Shown here: positions 1 to 13,079 of the stretch, one piece after another
How positions within the stretch are numbered: position 1 is the stretch's first letter
How the letters are laid out: each line of letters starts with the position of its first letter
Assembly (NCBI RefSeq): GCF_018977255.1
Contig: NW_024704742.1
Location: 5,706,001-5,770,000, forward strand
Source: Callorhinchus milii
Taxonomy: Eukaryota
Reading direction: 5' to 3'
Length of the DNA: 64,000 nucleotides
Notes under the pieces: model-generated
Databases searched by the model: none
Told to the model about the DNA's origin: nothing
Seen by the model: only the letters and a program-made list of their open reading frames with translations
Position numbers and translations under genes: made by a program

Positions 1-165
1 AGATCAAGGTGGAGGTAGATAAATATGTGTTAGGTCAGGGTATTAAGAGATATGGGGTAAGGGCGGGTAACTGGACTTGAGGTACAGATCAGCCATGATC
101 CTATAAAATGGTGGAACAGGCTCGAGGATCTGAATAACCTACTCCTGTTTCTATGTCTATGTATC
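1..165 (+). mobile_element. CR1 LINE 3' end fragment
   Basis: cagatcagccatgatc...aatggtggaacaggctcgagg...cctactcctgtttctatgtctatgt resembles a CR1 3' UTR and tail. Confidence 0.8.
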
Positions 166-480
166 TGAGGATTGATCTATTATTATTATTACAGTGCTGT
201 CCAGCTGCAGGTTTTGTAGCATGGTCAGGCAAGAGTCTGTATCCGGTTTTAGATCCACTGAGCTAATAAAACTCAATACGGACTGAAGATGAACTGTCTG
301 ACCCGAGCTCCATATAAAACCTTTGAGGGATGATACCCTTTTCCAAAATGAATGATCGTCACAACCTGAACTGCCTGACCCGAGGAGGCTGAAGAATAAT
401 TTTTAATGGGACTACAGAATAACTACAGGCACATAGACAGAAGTCAACACACCAGCTATGATCACAGTGTCAGTGTTTCA

Positions 481-1580
481 ACAACAACAACGAAATGATA
501 TTTATAAAGCGCCTTTCACGTCAGGAGGACATCCCAAAGCGCTGAACAGTCAGGCGTTCGGCCCCGAGCATAAGGGAGGGGTGGTGTAGGGTTGAGGGAA
601 GGCAGAGAGTTGGGAGGGCGACCAAAGGCACAATCGAAGAGAAAGGTCTTGAGACCGGCCTTGAGGGAGGCGAGGGAGGAAGCGAGGTGAAGGGACTGTG
701 GGATGGAGTTCCAGAGCGTGGGGGCAGAGAGGCTGAAAGCCCGGCCACCGATGGTAGGGCGGGTCGGGCGGGAGACATGGAGCAGACCGGAGCCCGATGA
801 ACGGAGGGAGTGGGCAGGTTGGTAGGGAGTCAGCAGGTCAGAGAGGAGGGGGCAAGGCCATGGATGGACTTAAAGGTGAGGACGAGGATCTTGAACTCGA
901 TCCTCTGGGGGATGGGGAGCCAGTGGGGTCGGGCGAGGGTGGGTGTGATGGGGTCACGGAGCCTGGTGCGTGAGAGTACACGAGCTGCAGAGTTTTGGAT
1001 GATCTGCAGCTTGTGAAGGGAGGAGTTGGGAAGGTCGATGAGGAGGGAGTTCCCGTAATCGAGCCTTGAGGTGACGAATGCGTGGGTGAGGGTTTCGGCA
1101 GCCTGAGGGGTGCGGCAGTGGCAGAGTCTGACAACATTGCGGAGGTGCTGGTAGGCAGTGCCGGTCATGGCGCGGATGTGGGAGAGAAAGGAAAGTTCAG
1201 GGTCAAAGAAGACCCCCAGGTTCCTGACTGGCTTAGTGAGGTTGAGTGTGCAGCCGTGGAGGCTGATGCTGCCAGCGCCCGAGGTGCGGAGGGGCTGGCA
1301 CGAGCCAATCAGGAGGGTCTCGGTCTTGCTGACGTTGAGTTGGAGAAAGTTGTCCCTCGTCCAGGACTTGATGTCCGACAGGCAGTTGGTCAGGACACCA
1401 GTAGTCTTGGAGTTGAGGGTGAGGCAGAAAGATAGAGTTGGGTGCCATCCGCATACATGTGGAAATTTACCCCATGTCTGCGGATAATGTCACCACAGGG
1501 GGAGCACGTAGAGGGTGAAGAGGAGGGGACCGAGGACAGAGCCCTGAGGAACACCGAACGAGACGGTGCGGGGGCTGGAG
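481..1580 (-). mobile_element. L2 LINE, 5'-truncated, decayed RT C-terminus plus 3' end
   Basis: Frameshifted peptides [51 protein letters not shown] and HWLPIPQRIEFKILVLTFK; (GTT)n tail at 481-492. Confidence 0.93.
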
Positions 1581-1751
1581 AAGCTGTTTGTTTCACCCTG
1601 CAGATTGAACTTTGGCATAAGGTGCAGAAGTCTGGGTGTGTGTGTGTGTGTGTGTGTGAGACGCACACAATTGATTCAGCAGAATTCACTTCACAAGCTG
1701 CATTTAGTCCCAGGATTTACATGCCTTTGATGCAGAGCCTGACGATGACGT

Positions 1752-1886
1752 GTGAAGTCCTGTAGCTCAGTGGTTAGAGCGTTTGCCTTGCAAGCAAGAG
1801 ACGTGCGTTTGATTCCTGACACCCAAAATGTTGGGCAAGTTCCTTAACCACCATATCAAATGTAAGGATATCAAATGTATTATTAT
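1752..1886 (+). mobile_element. tRNA-derived SINE head joined to a tail remnant
   Basis: gtcctgtagctcagtggttagagc (A box), then atatcaaatgtaagg tail motif. Confidence 0.8.
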
Positions 1887-2452
1887 ACTACACCTTTCAG
1901 GCCCCCATATGAAGAATGCCCACTGGGGCTGAGCAGAGGGCAGCCAAGCCCCACAATAACCTGTCTGAGGTAACAGGAAAGAAAAAACCAGGACAATATA
2001 TTCTGAAGGCTAAGTAAAAGCGTTTGAGTAGTTCTTGTAATACTGGTGCAACGTGTACAAACTGAAAATGTACTGAAACAGGAGCTGCTGCCAAAACACT
2101 GGTAACCAAAGCGTTAAATGGAATGAATGCTCAAGGATGTGTTCCGACAGATGTATGGGGTCGAGCACGTCATATGCAGTTACTTCTCCGATGGTTCTCG
2201 CCTCTTCTAGTCTCTCCTCATGACTCAGAGAAGGTATCCCTTAACCGATTAGACAATTACTTGCCTCCAGCGTTCACTGCTGCACGACCATCTCCTGCAC
2301 ATACACACAGCCAGACAGTATCTGCCCCAAAGCTACAGGGATCTATCTGCCTGTAACCAGTCGAAGCAAGACAAAATCTCATGCCCTTTGGTCATCAACA
2401 GCCAAAGATCTCTCACTGGATTCCATCCACAGCACTCAACACTCCCTCCTGC

Positions 2453-2650
2453 AGTCACACTATTCTCCATACCCGGCTGTAAATAAGTGAGCAGGGTGTA
2501 GCTGTCATAAAATACAAGAAACCTTGCCCGGTTAGTACAAAGTGGTGACAGATAAGACGTATGGGAGGAGAAAAAATTGGGCGAAGGTTTAACTGAAAGA
2601 ACGAACCTAGCACTGCTCGATGTAGGGATAAAAAGCATTCCCTTCACATT
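2453..2650 (+). repeat. ~200 bp segment duplicated at 3410-3607
   Basis: Direct alignment, e.g. ggctgtaaataagtgagcagggtgtag and aaattgggcgaaggtttaactgaaaga occur in both copies. Confidence 0.95.
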
Positions 2651-3034
2651 CTCAAATCATAGGAGAAGACAGAATAAATAGTTCAGTCTTTGCTGTCTGT
2701 TACGCACATTCACTGCGGTACTTAAAAATTAGAGGTGCACGTCAACTGGTTCTAAACCAAACACCCTGAACTCTTTCTGAAAGAAAGGGAGGGAGGGACA
2801 AGTCTGTAATGGGTGATGCACTTTCGAGAGGAGTTGTTTTAGGATAATGGGGCAGGTCAGGAACATGGTATTTATTAGGAGTCTATCAGGCAAGATTTAC
2901 TTCACAGATTTGCTTTCACACAGCTGCCAGATATGCCGATGACAAAATTACATCATTGTACTGAAATCAAGAGTGCTTGCTGAACCATCCTTTGACGAGC
3001 ATTTACCACACAAGGCTCTCCTTGCCCGCGGTTG

Positions 3035-3275
3035 GAAGGTGGGGCTGTCTTTCAGGCGAGACGTCTAAACCGAGACCCCGTTAATATTCACCTGACGCTA
3101 TTGAAAAGAGACACTGCTCCTGGTGTCCTGTCCAACAATCCCCTGGTTCATTGATCATTCACCTTCCAACTGTTTGGGGGGCACTGCACAAATAAGATGT
3201 CACGTTTATCTAGAAATACAGTCACTGCACTTTGAGGTAATTGCAGTGAAGTGCTTTAAGATGTTTCAGGCTAAG
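3035..3275 (+). mobile_element. Old Deu-domain SINE relic (AmnSINE/SacSINE-like); similar relics near 12650-12900 and 52400-52745
   Basis: gtctttcaggcgagacgtctaaaccgagacccc ... tggtgtcctgtccaac ... gtgaagtgctttaagatg. Confidence 0.65.
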
Positions 3276-3289
3276 GTGACATGTTTGAC

Positions 3290-4001
3290 CACAGAATGCT
3301 GAAATCAATTCATACCTCTGTGGTGGTCTTTAATCCAGTTACTGAGCCAGGCAGGTACACAGTACTGCTGATGACAGCACAGACCAGCCTGGCTGTTACG
3401 CACTTAAAGAGTCACTCCACTCTCCATACCCGGGCTGTAAATAAGTGAGCAGGGTGTAGTTATCATAAAATACAAGAAACCTTGCCCGGTTGGTAAAAAG
3501 TGGTGACGGATAATATGTATGGGAGGGGAAAAATTGGGCGAAGGTTTAACTGAAAGAGGGAACCGAGCACTGCTTGATTTAGGAATACAAAGCATTCCCT
3601 TCACATTGAAGCACTTGAGAGAGCCAGGAAAATCACTAGCGATTCTTCCTACTCAGCTTCTATTAACCCTGCAAGTCAATGCCCCTGATGGTTAGGGTGG
3701 TCCTAACTGTACTAGAAATGGGAAAGTTCACCAGATAGTCCTCTCAAGGGCAAGCTACGCGGTTTTAGCTGGTTAGACTCCAGCAGTTACCTCAACGCAC
3801 ATTTTGGGATACCGAAGCCTTGGCTCTTGCGAGCCTGCACCTAATACTCTCTGGAATTAAATGGGCTGTGTCCCTCCAGGGAGAGAATGTGCGCTCCGAG
3901 GCGGCATACGTGGAACTTTGTTTGGTTTGGATATTCTCTGAAGCAATGTGATGGGTTTCCGCATGCGTCAGAATGTGACTGACCCCCCCACCCAAAAAAA
4001 A
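3290..4001 (+). mobile_element. 3' UTR of a poly-A-tailed non-LTR element, interrupted at 3393-3607
   Basis: Shares ggttttagctggttagactccagcagt and gtgatgggtttccgcatg followed by poly-A with other copies in the window. Confidence 0.7.
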
Positions 4002-5038
4002 TTAGAGGAGCAGCATTCCCGCGAGTCAACTAGTTGCAAAACAGTTCCCATCGTCTACACTCTATTGACCCCTCAATGTCCCTCAATTCACAAACATGCA
4101 CATGTCCAATAGTTATCAACCTGTGAAATGTTCAGCAAGTTCATCACCTGGTGCAACGCAAGTAAGCACGGTCAAAAAGGAAGGTCTTTACGTGGGATAT
4201 GAAAGTGGGGAGGGGGGGGGAATGGGCAAGGGAGGGACTGAGGGAGGGAGGGAGTTCCAGAGTTTCGGGACTTCAGTACCTGGGGTTACGGGATACCAAA
4301 AATTTGTTCCACAGTATTTTTATATCAACTTTTTCCAGCACTAAAGACCAGATGGTTCAGCGCAGGACTTGGCAAAGACATGAGACTGGAAGCTGAGGGC
4401 TAGCTGGCATGCCCAATGCAGCAGACTAGTTAGTGCTGGATTTCATGAACTTTCTTCCTGGATATTCGTCGAACAGATGCTACTAAACTGAAGTATGTAC
4501 ACTCAGTAATTCTATCACCAGAAACTAACCCCGCAAAGCCTCTCGGCAGACATTACCACGGCTTCGACAAGGCTCTGGTGACTGGATATATGGTCAAACA
4601 CAACACTGCCCGTCAGCCATCTGTAGCGTACTCAGAAACTGAATTTCCTTCATCACCAGAAATTAAAACCTGTCCCCCCATCACTTATACAGAGCATCTC
4701 TTAGACAGTACGGACACAGGATTTCAAGTTCAGCAGCTAATTGAACCAGTTCTTGCGTGAACAATGGCACTTTTATGAGGTTGGACGTTTCATGTCTGTC
4801 CTTTGGATGAGACATTAAAACAAATGGATGGGAATAGGAAAACATACCTTAACCACAAGGAAACAGAAGGTTCCCTTTTTTAAGATTCTGGCTGTCAATT
4901 AATCAGATACGATTTTGCAACGGGGTCAAGCTGCTCTCGCAATTTGCCCTAACTGGCTGCTCTCCCATTTCTTGGGTGTGTGGTAGTTTTAGGCAGCACT
5001 TTGGAAGCAGGTTAGTGAGAGGTATCCAGTAGGATCCT

Positions 5039-5447
5039 GTGGAGTCCTGTAGCTCAGTGGTTAGAGCACTCGCTTTGCAAGCGAGACACCTGAGTTCAAT
5101 TCCAGGCAGAGGGCGAAACCTTGGGCAAGTTTCCTTACTCCACACAGAGCCTAATAATAATCCCTCTAACAAAAACAAAAGAATATTAAATTGGTCATTT
5201 TCAATCCACGACTGTTTGTGGGACATTGCTGTGCGCAATTGGCTGCCGCGTTCGCCCTCAAATATACAGTCAATTCACTTTACAGTATGTTCTGTGAAGC
5301 GCTCGAAGACATGAAAAGCGGTATATCAAATGCAAGGATTATTATTACTATTACTCTATGGTGTTCTACTCTTGAGGATAATAATAATAATAGTCCTCCC
5401 GACGTGAAAAGCGCTATATCAAATGCAAGGACTATTATTATTATTAT
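5039..5447 (+). mobile_element. Young short-form tRNA-Ala/Deu SINE with an internal inverted duplication
   Basis: A box TAGCTCAGTGG, B box GTTCAATTCC, anticodon arm CTCGC-TTTGCAA-GCGAG, Deu core gctgtgcgcaattggctgccgcg, ATT tail. Confidence 0.93.
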
Positions 5448-5535
5448 CCTCAAGAGTAGAACACCATAGAGTAATAGTAATAATAATCCTTGCATTTGAT
5501 ATACCGCTTTTCATGTCTTCGAGCGCTTCACAGAA
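5290..5535. repeat. Perfect 108-bp inverted repeat with a 30-nt spacer
   Basis: 5290-5397 is the exact reverse complement of 5428-5535. Confidence 0.95.
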
Positions 5536-5809
5536 TATACTGTAATGCGAATTGACTGTATATTTGTGGGTGAAACACGGCAGCCGATTGCATACAGCAG
5601 CGTCCCATACAGTCGTGGAATTGAGTGAACAAATTATTATCCCCGGAAAAGCGATCCTCCAATCGACTAACAACCGGGTTCCAACTTATTGCTGGGAAAA
5701 CAAAGGCGTGTGGAGTAAGGAAACTTGCCCAACGTTTCGCCCTGCTGGGAACAGAACCCAGGTCTCTCGCTTGCGAGGCGAGTGCTCTAACCACTGAGCT
5801 ACAGGACTC
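5478..5809 (-). mobile_element. Long-form tRNA-Ala/Deu SINE
   Basis: Reverse complement has the head gagtcctgtagctcagtggttagagc, anticodon loop CTCGCAA and the central ggaacccggttgttagtcgattgg segment. Confidence 0.92.
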
Positions 5810-7264
5810 AGATCCAGGCATCTGCAGCACGACGCTCGTCACACACGTTTTAACCCATAAAAGAAGAATGGTCAAAAGTAGACTACCGCAAACTCAGTGC
5901 TTTCCGGTGTCCCCTTCCTCGTATTGCAAATACTGTACATAAATCACTGGAAAGATCTCAGCAAAGCTGAGACAGCAAAGCTCATAGATAATAGCTCATT
6001 CAACAACAAATTGCACCTAGATAGCATCCTTCGCAGAGTATAGTCTTGGGAACACAGCGACAGACATTCAGCATTCGTAAAGAACAGAAATTTGGGGCAT
6101 GATTGATCGGCTAGATAAACTGAATAAACCTGAGAAACCCTCTCTATATAAAGCAACATACAAGACACACGCTTCATTTCACTTCTAATGGTTCACAGTT
6201 AGCTGTGCAATTAATCAGGAATGAGGTCCATCCCAGGTTTACTAGAAGGACCTGTGCACCCTCCCGACGTGAAAGGCACTATACAAATGTAATTTTGTAT
6301 TGCATCCGAATGTTCCCCAATCACACAGGCTACAAATCGGCCGATTTTCCATCCTGGAAGCAATTAGAAATTTGGGATGGATTTAAATTAACAGGTTTAA
6401 ACTAAACTTCATTTAAATAGAGAGTCTGGGAAGGGAAAAGGCAAGATTGTTTTTAATGGCAATCACTGAATTTGTCCACTTAAGATTAAAAAAAAAAGCT
6501 CAAACTCCAGAAAACGCCAGCCATTAGTAAAACTGCTTGTCAAACAAACGCTGTAGCTTTTATCAGCAGCCACCGTTTACTTCATGACAAATCAGTAAAT
6601 AAATCGGTAGCGATAATAAAGCCATGACATTGTCAACATGGAAACTGCTGTACGCCCAATAAAGCATAAACCAGGTTGGCGAGCATACAGGAAGCCTGTA
6701 TAGTCCAGGGGTGTATTCGTGTTTTTAGAAATATATAAAGCGATTTTCAATTCACTGCCACTCGTCTTCTGTGCAAGAGCTGCATCTTACAACTTTTGTT
6801 GTGACGCAAGTTGGCTGCAAGTGTGCTGGCAATCGGCAGCTCTGTCAGCTTCTGGCCCTCGCCTCCCTTTTTTGCAATAAAATTACAACACAATAAAAAT
6901 AAAGCACCTAAGTTAAGAAAACAACCGAGAGATGAAAGACTCAAAATCCACCACGCGAAGACAGCTCACAGAACAGCAGGTTCATGTTGACATACTACCA
7001 GAAAACAGCAAAACACTCAGTCTGTCCACTGAAAGGAGACACTTGTTCAGAGCGTTCAACACCAGATCTGATAAGAGCCAAAACCGTTTCAGTTTTTTTT
7101 TGCCCCAGGAGATTTTCACAACTGAATCTGACGATAGGTTATTTAGATGCTGCAGATGGATGCTAATAAATCAGTTCTATCCGAACTGAGCTGCTGTTAC
7201 CTGACCCGTCTAGTCTTTGCCCCACCGTTTTATTTCGCTCAAGTACATCTTAACTGATCAGAAT

Positions 7265-7625
7265 TGAAGATCTAAAGCAACTTCAGGAGGACATGGATTA
7301 GTTGGTTGGGCAGAGAAATGGCAAATAGTACTTAATGCAGACAAATGTGAGCTTACACATTTTGGGAAGAGAAAGAAAAAGGGTATGAGTTGTTTTGTTT
7401 TGATGCACAGAGTAGCTAAGATATGGAATTTCTTGCCGGGAATGAAAGCTGAGGCAGAATCCTACAGGGCCTTCAAGAGGGAACTAGACAAACCCTTTTT
7501 TTTTTTTAAAATTTACCTGCCCTTTCCCTCCAGGGGTATGGGGAAAGGGCAGATAAATAGGAATGAAAAGACTGCTTGAGGAAGCCAGCAAAATACGATG
7601 GGCAAAATAGCCTTCTCCTTTGCCA
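7265..7625 (+). mobile_element. CR1 LINE fragment (RT remnant and 3' end)
   Basis: aaatggcaaatag..ttaatgcagacaaatgtgag..cattttggga (decayed WQMxFNxxKC motif); 3' end gatgggcaaaatagccttct. Confidence 0.75.
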
Positions 7626-7722
7626 TGAGTTTCTGTGGTTGTCTGTTGGAATAGGTGCACAAGGCTGCCAATTGGTGACAGCACACATATTATTATTATT
7701 ATTATTATCACCATCCCTTGAC

Positions 7723-8320
7723 TTTTTTGGGTCAGCTGGGTGTCTTGACACATGCGGAAACCCATCACCCTGCTTAAGAGTATCCAAACCAAGCTGGGAT
7801 TTCCATGCATCCCATCTACACATGGAAATCCCAGAGTTAGATTGTTGGAAAGGAATGCGCATTCTTTCTCTGGAGACACATCCTGCTTTCCTAATTCCAG
7901 AAAGTATTAGGCTCAGGTTGGCATGAGCCAAGGCTTGGAGACCTCAGAGTGTGCGTTGAGGTACTGCTGGAATCTAACCAGCTAAAACTACATAGCTTGC
8001 CATTGATACTGCTGTCTCGCAAGCTTTCCCGCTGCTTGTCCAGCTAGGACCATGCTACCCGTTGGGGCTTTGGCTTGCAGGGTTAGCAGGAGCTGAATGG
8101 GAGGATTCCCTGGCCTTAGGGACTGGTCTGCCCTTGCAAGTCCCGCCGATGAGCCAGGCTGGGCTGTGCTATCATCAGCAGTGCCCTGGAATACTGTGGA
8201 CCCGCCTGGCAAAGGAACTGTACTACCGAGAGAGACTGCCACAGAGAACTGACTCAATTCCGTCTTTCCATTACGGAGTGTGTCACCTTGGAGCCGGTTC
8301 AGCCCTTGAGAGGGTCCAGA
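7723..8320 (-). mobile_element. Non-LTR element 3' UTR copy (same family as 3290-4001)
   Basis: Reverse complement of the shared motifs; T-run at 7723. Confidence 0.75.
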
Positions 8321-9139
8321 CTCGAGGACTGGATTTATTATTTCTGTTTGGATACAAATTCAAAATCAGTTTAGAGCTACCCTCCACAGATCTCTCCTCG
8401 GAGCAGAACAGTGATGATTTTGGAGTTAGAATTGATGTGGTAAATTTCAAGTCAGAAATACTTTCCACTGTTTTTTTGTGGCTATAGGCCATTAATGGAT
8501 CTTGAGGCATTTTTGCACATTCAAAACAAAGCTGCTGTGCTAAAAAGGCAGATGATGGGACTCCCAACAGCAAGATGCATTTAAATATGGCACATTCAAT
8601 GGAGAAAAAACATCAATTAAACAAAAACAAACTGACACAAGGTAAACAAAAGTAGGAGTAAGACCGCAGTAAAGACCAGTGGTTTACAATTCCAGTAGGT
8701 GGAATGCTTGTGAAAAACAAGGACATTTACCACATCCTAATGTGCGAAATATCCAACGTGGGAACAAGGTACAAATAACTTGCCAACAGACACTGTCTCG
8801 GCAACATCCACTGGTCCAGCTTATATAAAGAGCAACCACAAAGTTGAAGGGCACGGTGGTATACAATGTGCAAAACAGATTTTTTTTAAAATCTTTTCAA
8901 GCTTTAGACAAGGCTGGATAATGTGGAAGCTCGTAACCGAAATCTACCCTGGGAAAAGCGGATAGAGAAGGAGGAAGATTAAAATGGGGGTGTTCTTTGC
9001 AGCTCAACTGGCTCCAAAGTGACATAAACGGGAATCCAATATTGGAAATTGAGTCGATCTTCTGTGAGAGTCTTCCGATAATCTGAGCCAGATTACTTCA
9101 TGGTATTCAAAAGCACTGTTGACTGCACACTTAGCTCCT

Positions 9140-9459
9140 GCAAGCCAAAGCCCTAAAAGGTACATGACCTTATCAGGGCAAGCAACAGCAAGCTGGCTAC
9201 TGCTCGTAGTTACATACTGTGCTGCCTGAACTCTAGCACTTCCAATACAGTCTGAAATCACCAAGCCTTGCTCTCGCCAACCTCCATCTCAACTCTCCAG
9301 GATTAGATCGATAAACAGGGTGCATCCCTCAAGGAGAGTTTGCACTCCATCTCATTCAAACAGAAACCGTGGGAAATGGTCAATAGTTTGGTTTGGATAC
9401 TCCTAAGCACGGTGATGCATTTCCACGCATGTCCAGACACCCGGGTGTCCAAAAAAAAA
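9140..9459 (+). mobile_element. Degenerate copy of the same non-LTR 3' UTR
   Basis: caagccaaagcccta ... tttggtttggatactcctaagcacggtgatg ... poly-A. Confidence 0.65.
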
Positions 9460-10339
9460 TCATCTAGCAACTGGGACCTTTACTTCAAAATATCTTCCCA
9501 GATTGGAGTAAATTCTTCTGACTCCTTCATTCCAAGTTCTTAAATCAAACTACTGTACGCTGCGGGCAGTAATTGTGCTCAAATGAGTAAGGAAGTTTGA
9601 ACATTGAGTGCAGCACTGATACACTGCCAATATTCCTAAACCAACCCATGCAGTGGCACCAACAGCTAAACTCTAAAGTGCCAATCCTAAATTATATATG
9701 AAGACTTTAGGAGGGAGTCCCAGTCATGATGAAAATGTGAAGTCATAAACCAATACCAATTTACAAAAGGTCAGTAAACGACTGTGTTGGTCCTTTAATG
9801 TCCTCCTTAGTTTCAGGAAGTCGTGCAGTGTTTGAACTTTCAATGAGGTGAGTGGAGATATTTCAGGACAAATTTGCAACCTATGTGATCTTTATTAATT
9901 GGATGGGGCAGAATCAATCTTCCCACACACCAAATCTATCCTTCAGCCACCGTTCATTCGGCGGCACAAGTACAAAAAGGTTCTAAATTAGTTCGGATTT
10001 AGAATCCCTGAGGATACTTGGTCCTTCGAAGTTCAGCCATTGACTCTGAAATAGCAAGACATTCGATCGTCTAATTGCACAGGAACTTAACTCTAGTTTG
10101 TTATAGGTTTAAAGTCTGCAGAACTAGAAATGGATGCAATGCACAATGTTTACTCAGAACATATGGAATAGGGCTTTATCTTGGACTGGTCACTGGAGGT
10201 GCTCAGTGAACTCAATGGGGTAGGACACCCTCCTGTGGTGGAACTCTCGCATTGCCGCACTGGTCATTGTAGGCAGATTCAGATCCAAATAAGGCATGTC
10301 CAAAATCTCACGGCTGAAGATTCTTCCGGGCGACAAGGT

Positions 10340-10503
10340 CGCTCAATCTGCGATTGCTTGCGGGACGCTGCTGTGCGCAATTGGCTGCTGCATTTCGCCC
10401 ACAAAACACAGTCAATTCACTTTACAGCATATTCTGTGAAGCGCTTTGAGACCTCTCGACGACGTTAATAAGGCGCTATATCAAATGCAAGGATTATTAT
10501 TAT
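10340..10503 (+). mobile_element. SINE 3' half
   Basis: Deu core followed by aggcgctatatcaaatgcaaggattatt. Confidence 0.85.
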
Positions 10504-13079
10504 ACTATTTGTAGCATTGCTGTACACGTGGATTGGCTGCCATGTTTCGCCTGGAAATATACAGTCACTCCTGTGAAACACTTTGAAACGTTGACAACGG
10601 GATAAGAAACTAAATTAAATTTTTAAATTAAATTAAAAATACGATTACGTTGAACTACAGCCATCTACAACCAACTATCCAAACACTGCTCTATTGTTAC
10701 CCGAGCAAACCAGTTCTCAAGAACAAAGACCACTTTTGTTTTACTATATATAAAAAAACCACCACAAACACATAATTCATGCTTGTACAACAACAAAATT
10801 ACATTTGTATAGCGCCTTTCACGTCGGGAGGATGTCCCAAGGTGCTGGACAATCAGTGTTTCGGACCCGAGCTGGGGGTTACGTTAAAAACATAGTCCAT
10901 TACAGCCGAAAAAAATAGAATGGATCAAATGGCCTCCTCACGGGACAGACTTCCATGGTTCTATAAATTCTTGGGAGGACAAGTTTGCAGGGCTATGGGG
11001 AGAGAGCAGGGCAGTAGGATTGATTTGGATAGCTCCTTTAAAAGAACCAGCACAGGTACGATGGGCCGAATGGCTTCCCTCTGTGCTGTTTGATTCTATG
11101 AAACAAAAGTCCAGGGGTACATGCTTCTTTGTTAGCAACCACTTCTTATGTACAATGTCACTATATAAAGGTTAATATGGGCCTCAACTGTCTTCTCTCC
11201 CATGTTCAACTAGTTTGTCGACATCCAGGGTAGCCGTACACACAAATAATGGCTATTTGGGCAACATGTAGAAGCTAACAATATCCACAGAACCACACTC
11301 CACAGAACCACACCCCTGAATAAATCTCACCTCGAAACAGAAGGGAACAAAGTAAGCGAAGTGAGATTTCATAATACTGAGCATCTGAACAATTTGAAAA
11401 GTAAAATAATCCAAACAGAAACATTTGGGACTAATTGAGATCAGGCTCAACGCGGATTTGAAAACAGTGCAGATATCCAGTTTCCGTGTCTGTTGTGTAC
11501 GAGTCAGTCTGTCTCTATCCATGTGCTTACCTTGATCAGATTTCTCCACTGCTCATTGCTTGATTAAAATAGTCTATCTAGTAGCACCCAACTTCACACA
11601 CGTCTAAAACGAGGGAAGTAAGACAGACTTGAAGGGGTATGAGCCTTCAGCCTTTCTGCCCGGACTCAATGGAACACCATCCCGAAGTTCCTTCGCTCCC
11701 TCAAAGTCCGCCTCAAGACTTCCCTGTGCCAAATTGGGTACTGGGTTCCCTTACAAAACAACAACAACAAAATGACACTTGTAAAATGCCTTTCACGGCG
11801 AGAGGACGCCCGAAGGTGCTGGGATACTATTCAACATGAGTTTGTTAATTCCTAGCATTTAGAGAAAAGAAGCTTGAGACGTTTTGGAACAGTCAAAATA
11901 ACTTACAAAAGAACTTGCAGCTCGTCTACTGTATATGATAGTACTGTACAGTAAAAGAGTGAAGAACTTTGAGATGTTTCACTACTTGACAGAGCATTAA
12001 ATCAAAGGCAAGGATTATCATCATTACTCTAAGGAGAAGTTGAGTTTCTACCCGGTGTACCGGTCAACAATCCTACAGATATATTAGTCGTTCACTTGAT
12101 AGCCGTTTATTGTACTTTACTGTGCATAAATTGGCTGCCACGTTTGCCAACAAATAGACGCTTGAAAGCAATTCCTGGTGAAGGACTTTGCAATGGTTTA
12201 TATCAAATACAAGCGGATCAGACTTAGATCTTAGCTGAGTTTATTTCTCAATGATCTCAACAAGTTTAGCTCCAAAACGTCACATCCATTGCTTTGAAGC
12301 AAAGCACCCATAGTACAGGCACACAGGAAAACAGCTAACATACTATTTTAAGCATGTTAGCTGACCCACAATGTTAGTGGGAAAGAAAAATAATACAGTA
12401 GTTCTGATTATAATAGCCAATCAGAAGTGCACAAACCAACCGAGATATCCAAGCATTTACTTTAAAATAAGCCAATATGATTAGAAAGTTACAGCACAGA
12501 AACAAGCCATTCGGCCCATCAAATCTGTCCTGGCAATGTTTTTCGGATACTGACTGTCTTGCGATGATTGGACTTTCACACCCTGGCCCATGGCCATTCA
12601 GGCAAACTATTCTGTTCAAAGATCAAATTGGTTTGTGTATCATTTGATATCAGCTGGACTCAGTTGATAGCACTTTCATCTGGCAGCCTAGGTTACCTTT
12701 GAGCTCACAGTCCGGTGGGAGCGGTGGACCATTGTCAGAGATGGTCCCGTCTACATGTTCAGGTGGACATTGAACATCCCGTGGCATCATTCAAAAAAGG
12801 GAGTATCTCCCGGTGTCCCATCCAACAAACCTACACATACACAATTGAAAGCAATTTCCCGTGAAGTACTTTCCAATGGTTTCAGGGCAATATCAAATAC
12901 TTATTTAGACGTTGGAGTCAATCCAAATAATCTTGCATATTGGTTCCGTCACTCAAGTGGTGATATGCAAGTGACCAATGTGAAAAGACTGTCGAGGTTG
13001 CAATCCAAACACTAAACACTTAAGCCAACTGCAACAGCTTAAAGAAAAAACCTGTCATCAACTTCTCTGGGCAATCAGG

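Noticed and set aside
5041..5115. tRNA-Ala-like cloverleaf here and at other SINE heads
   Set aside because: Continues directly into a SINE body with no Pol III terminator or proper acceptor stem; not tRNA genes.
11531..11558. Possible 28-nt - strand exon ending AAG|GTAAGC
   Set aside because: Good donor but weak acceptor and no recognisable peptide.
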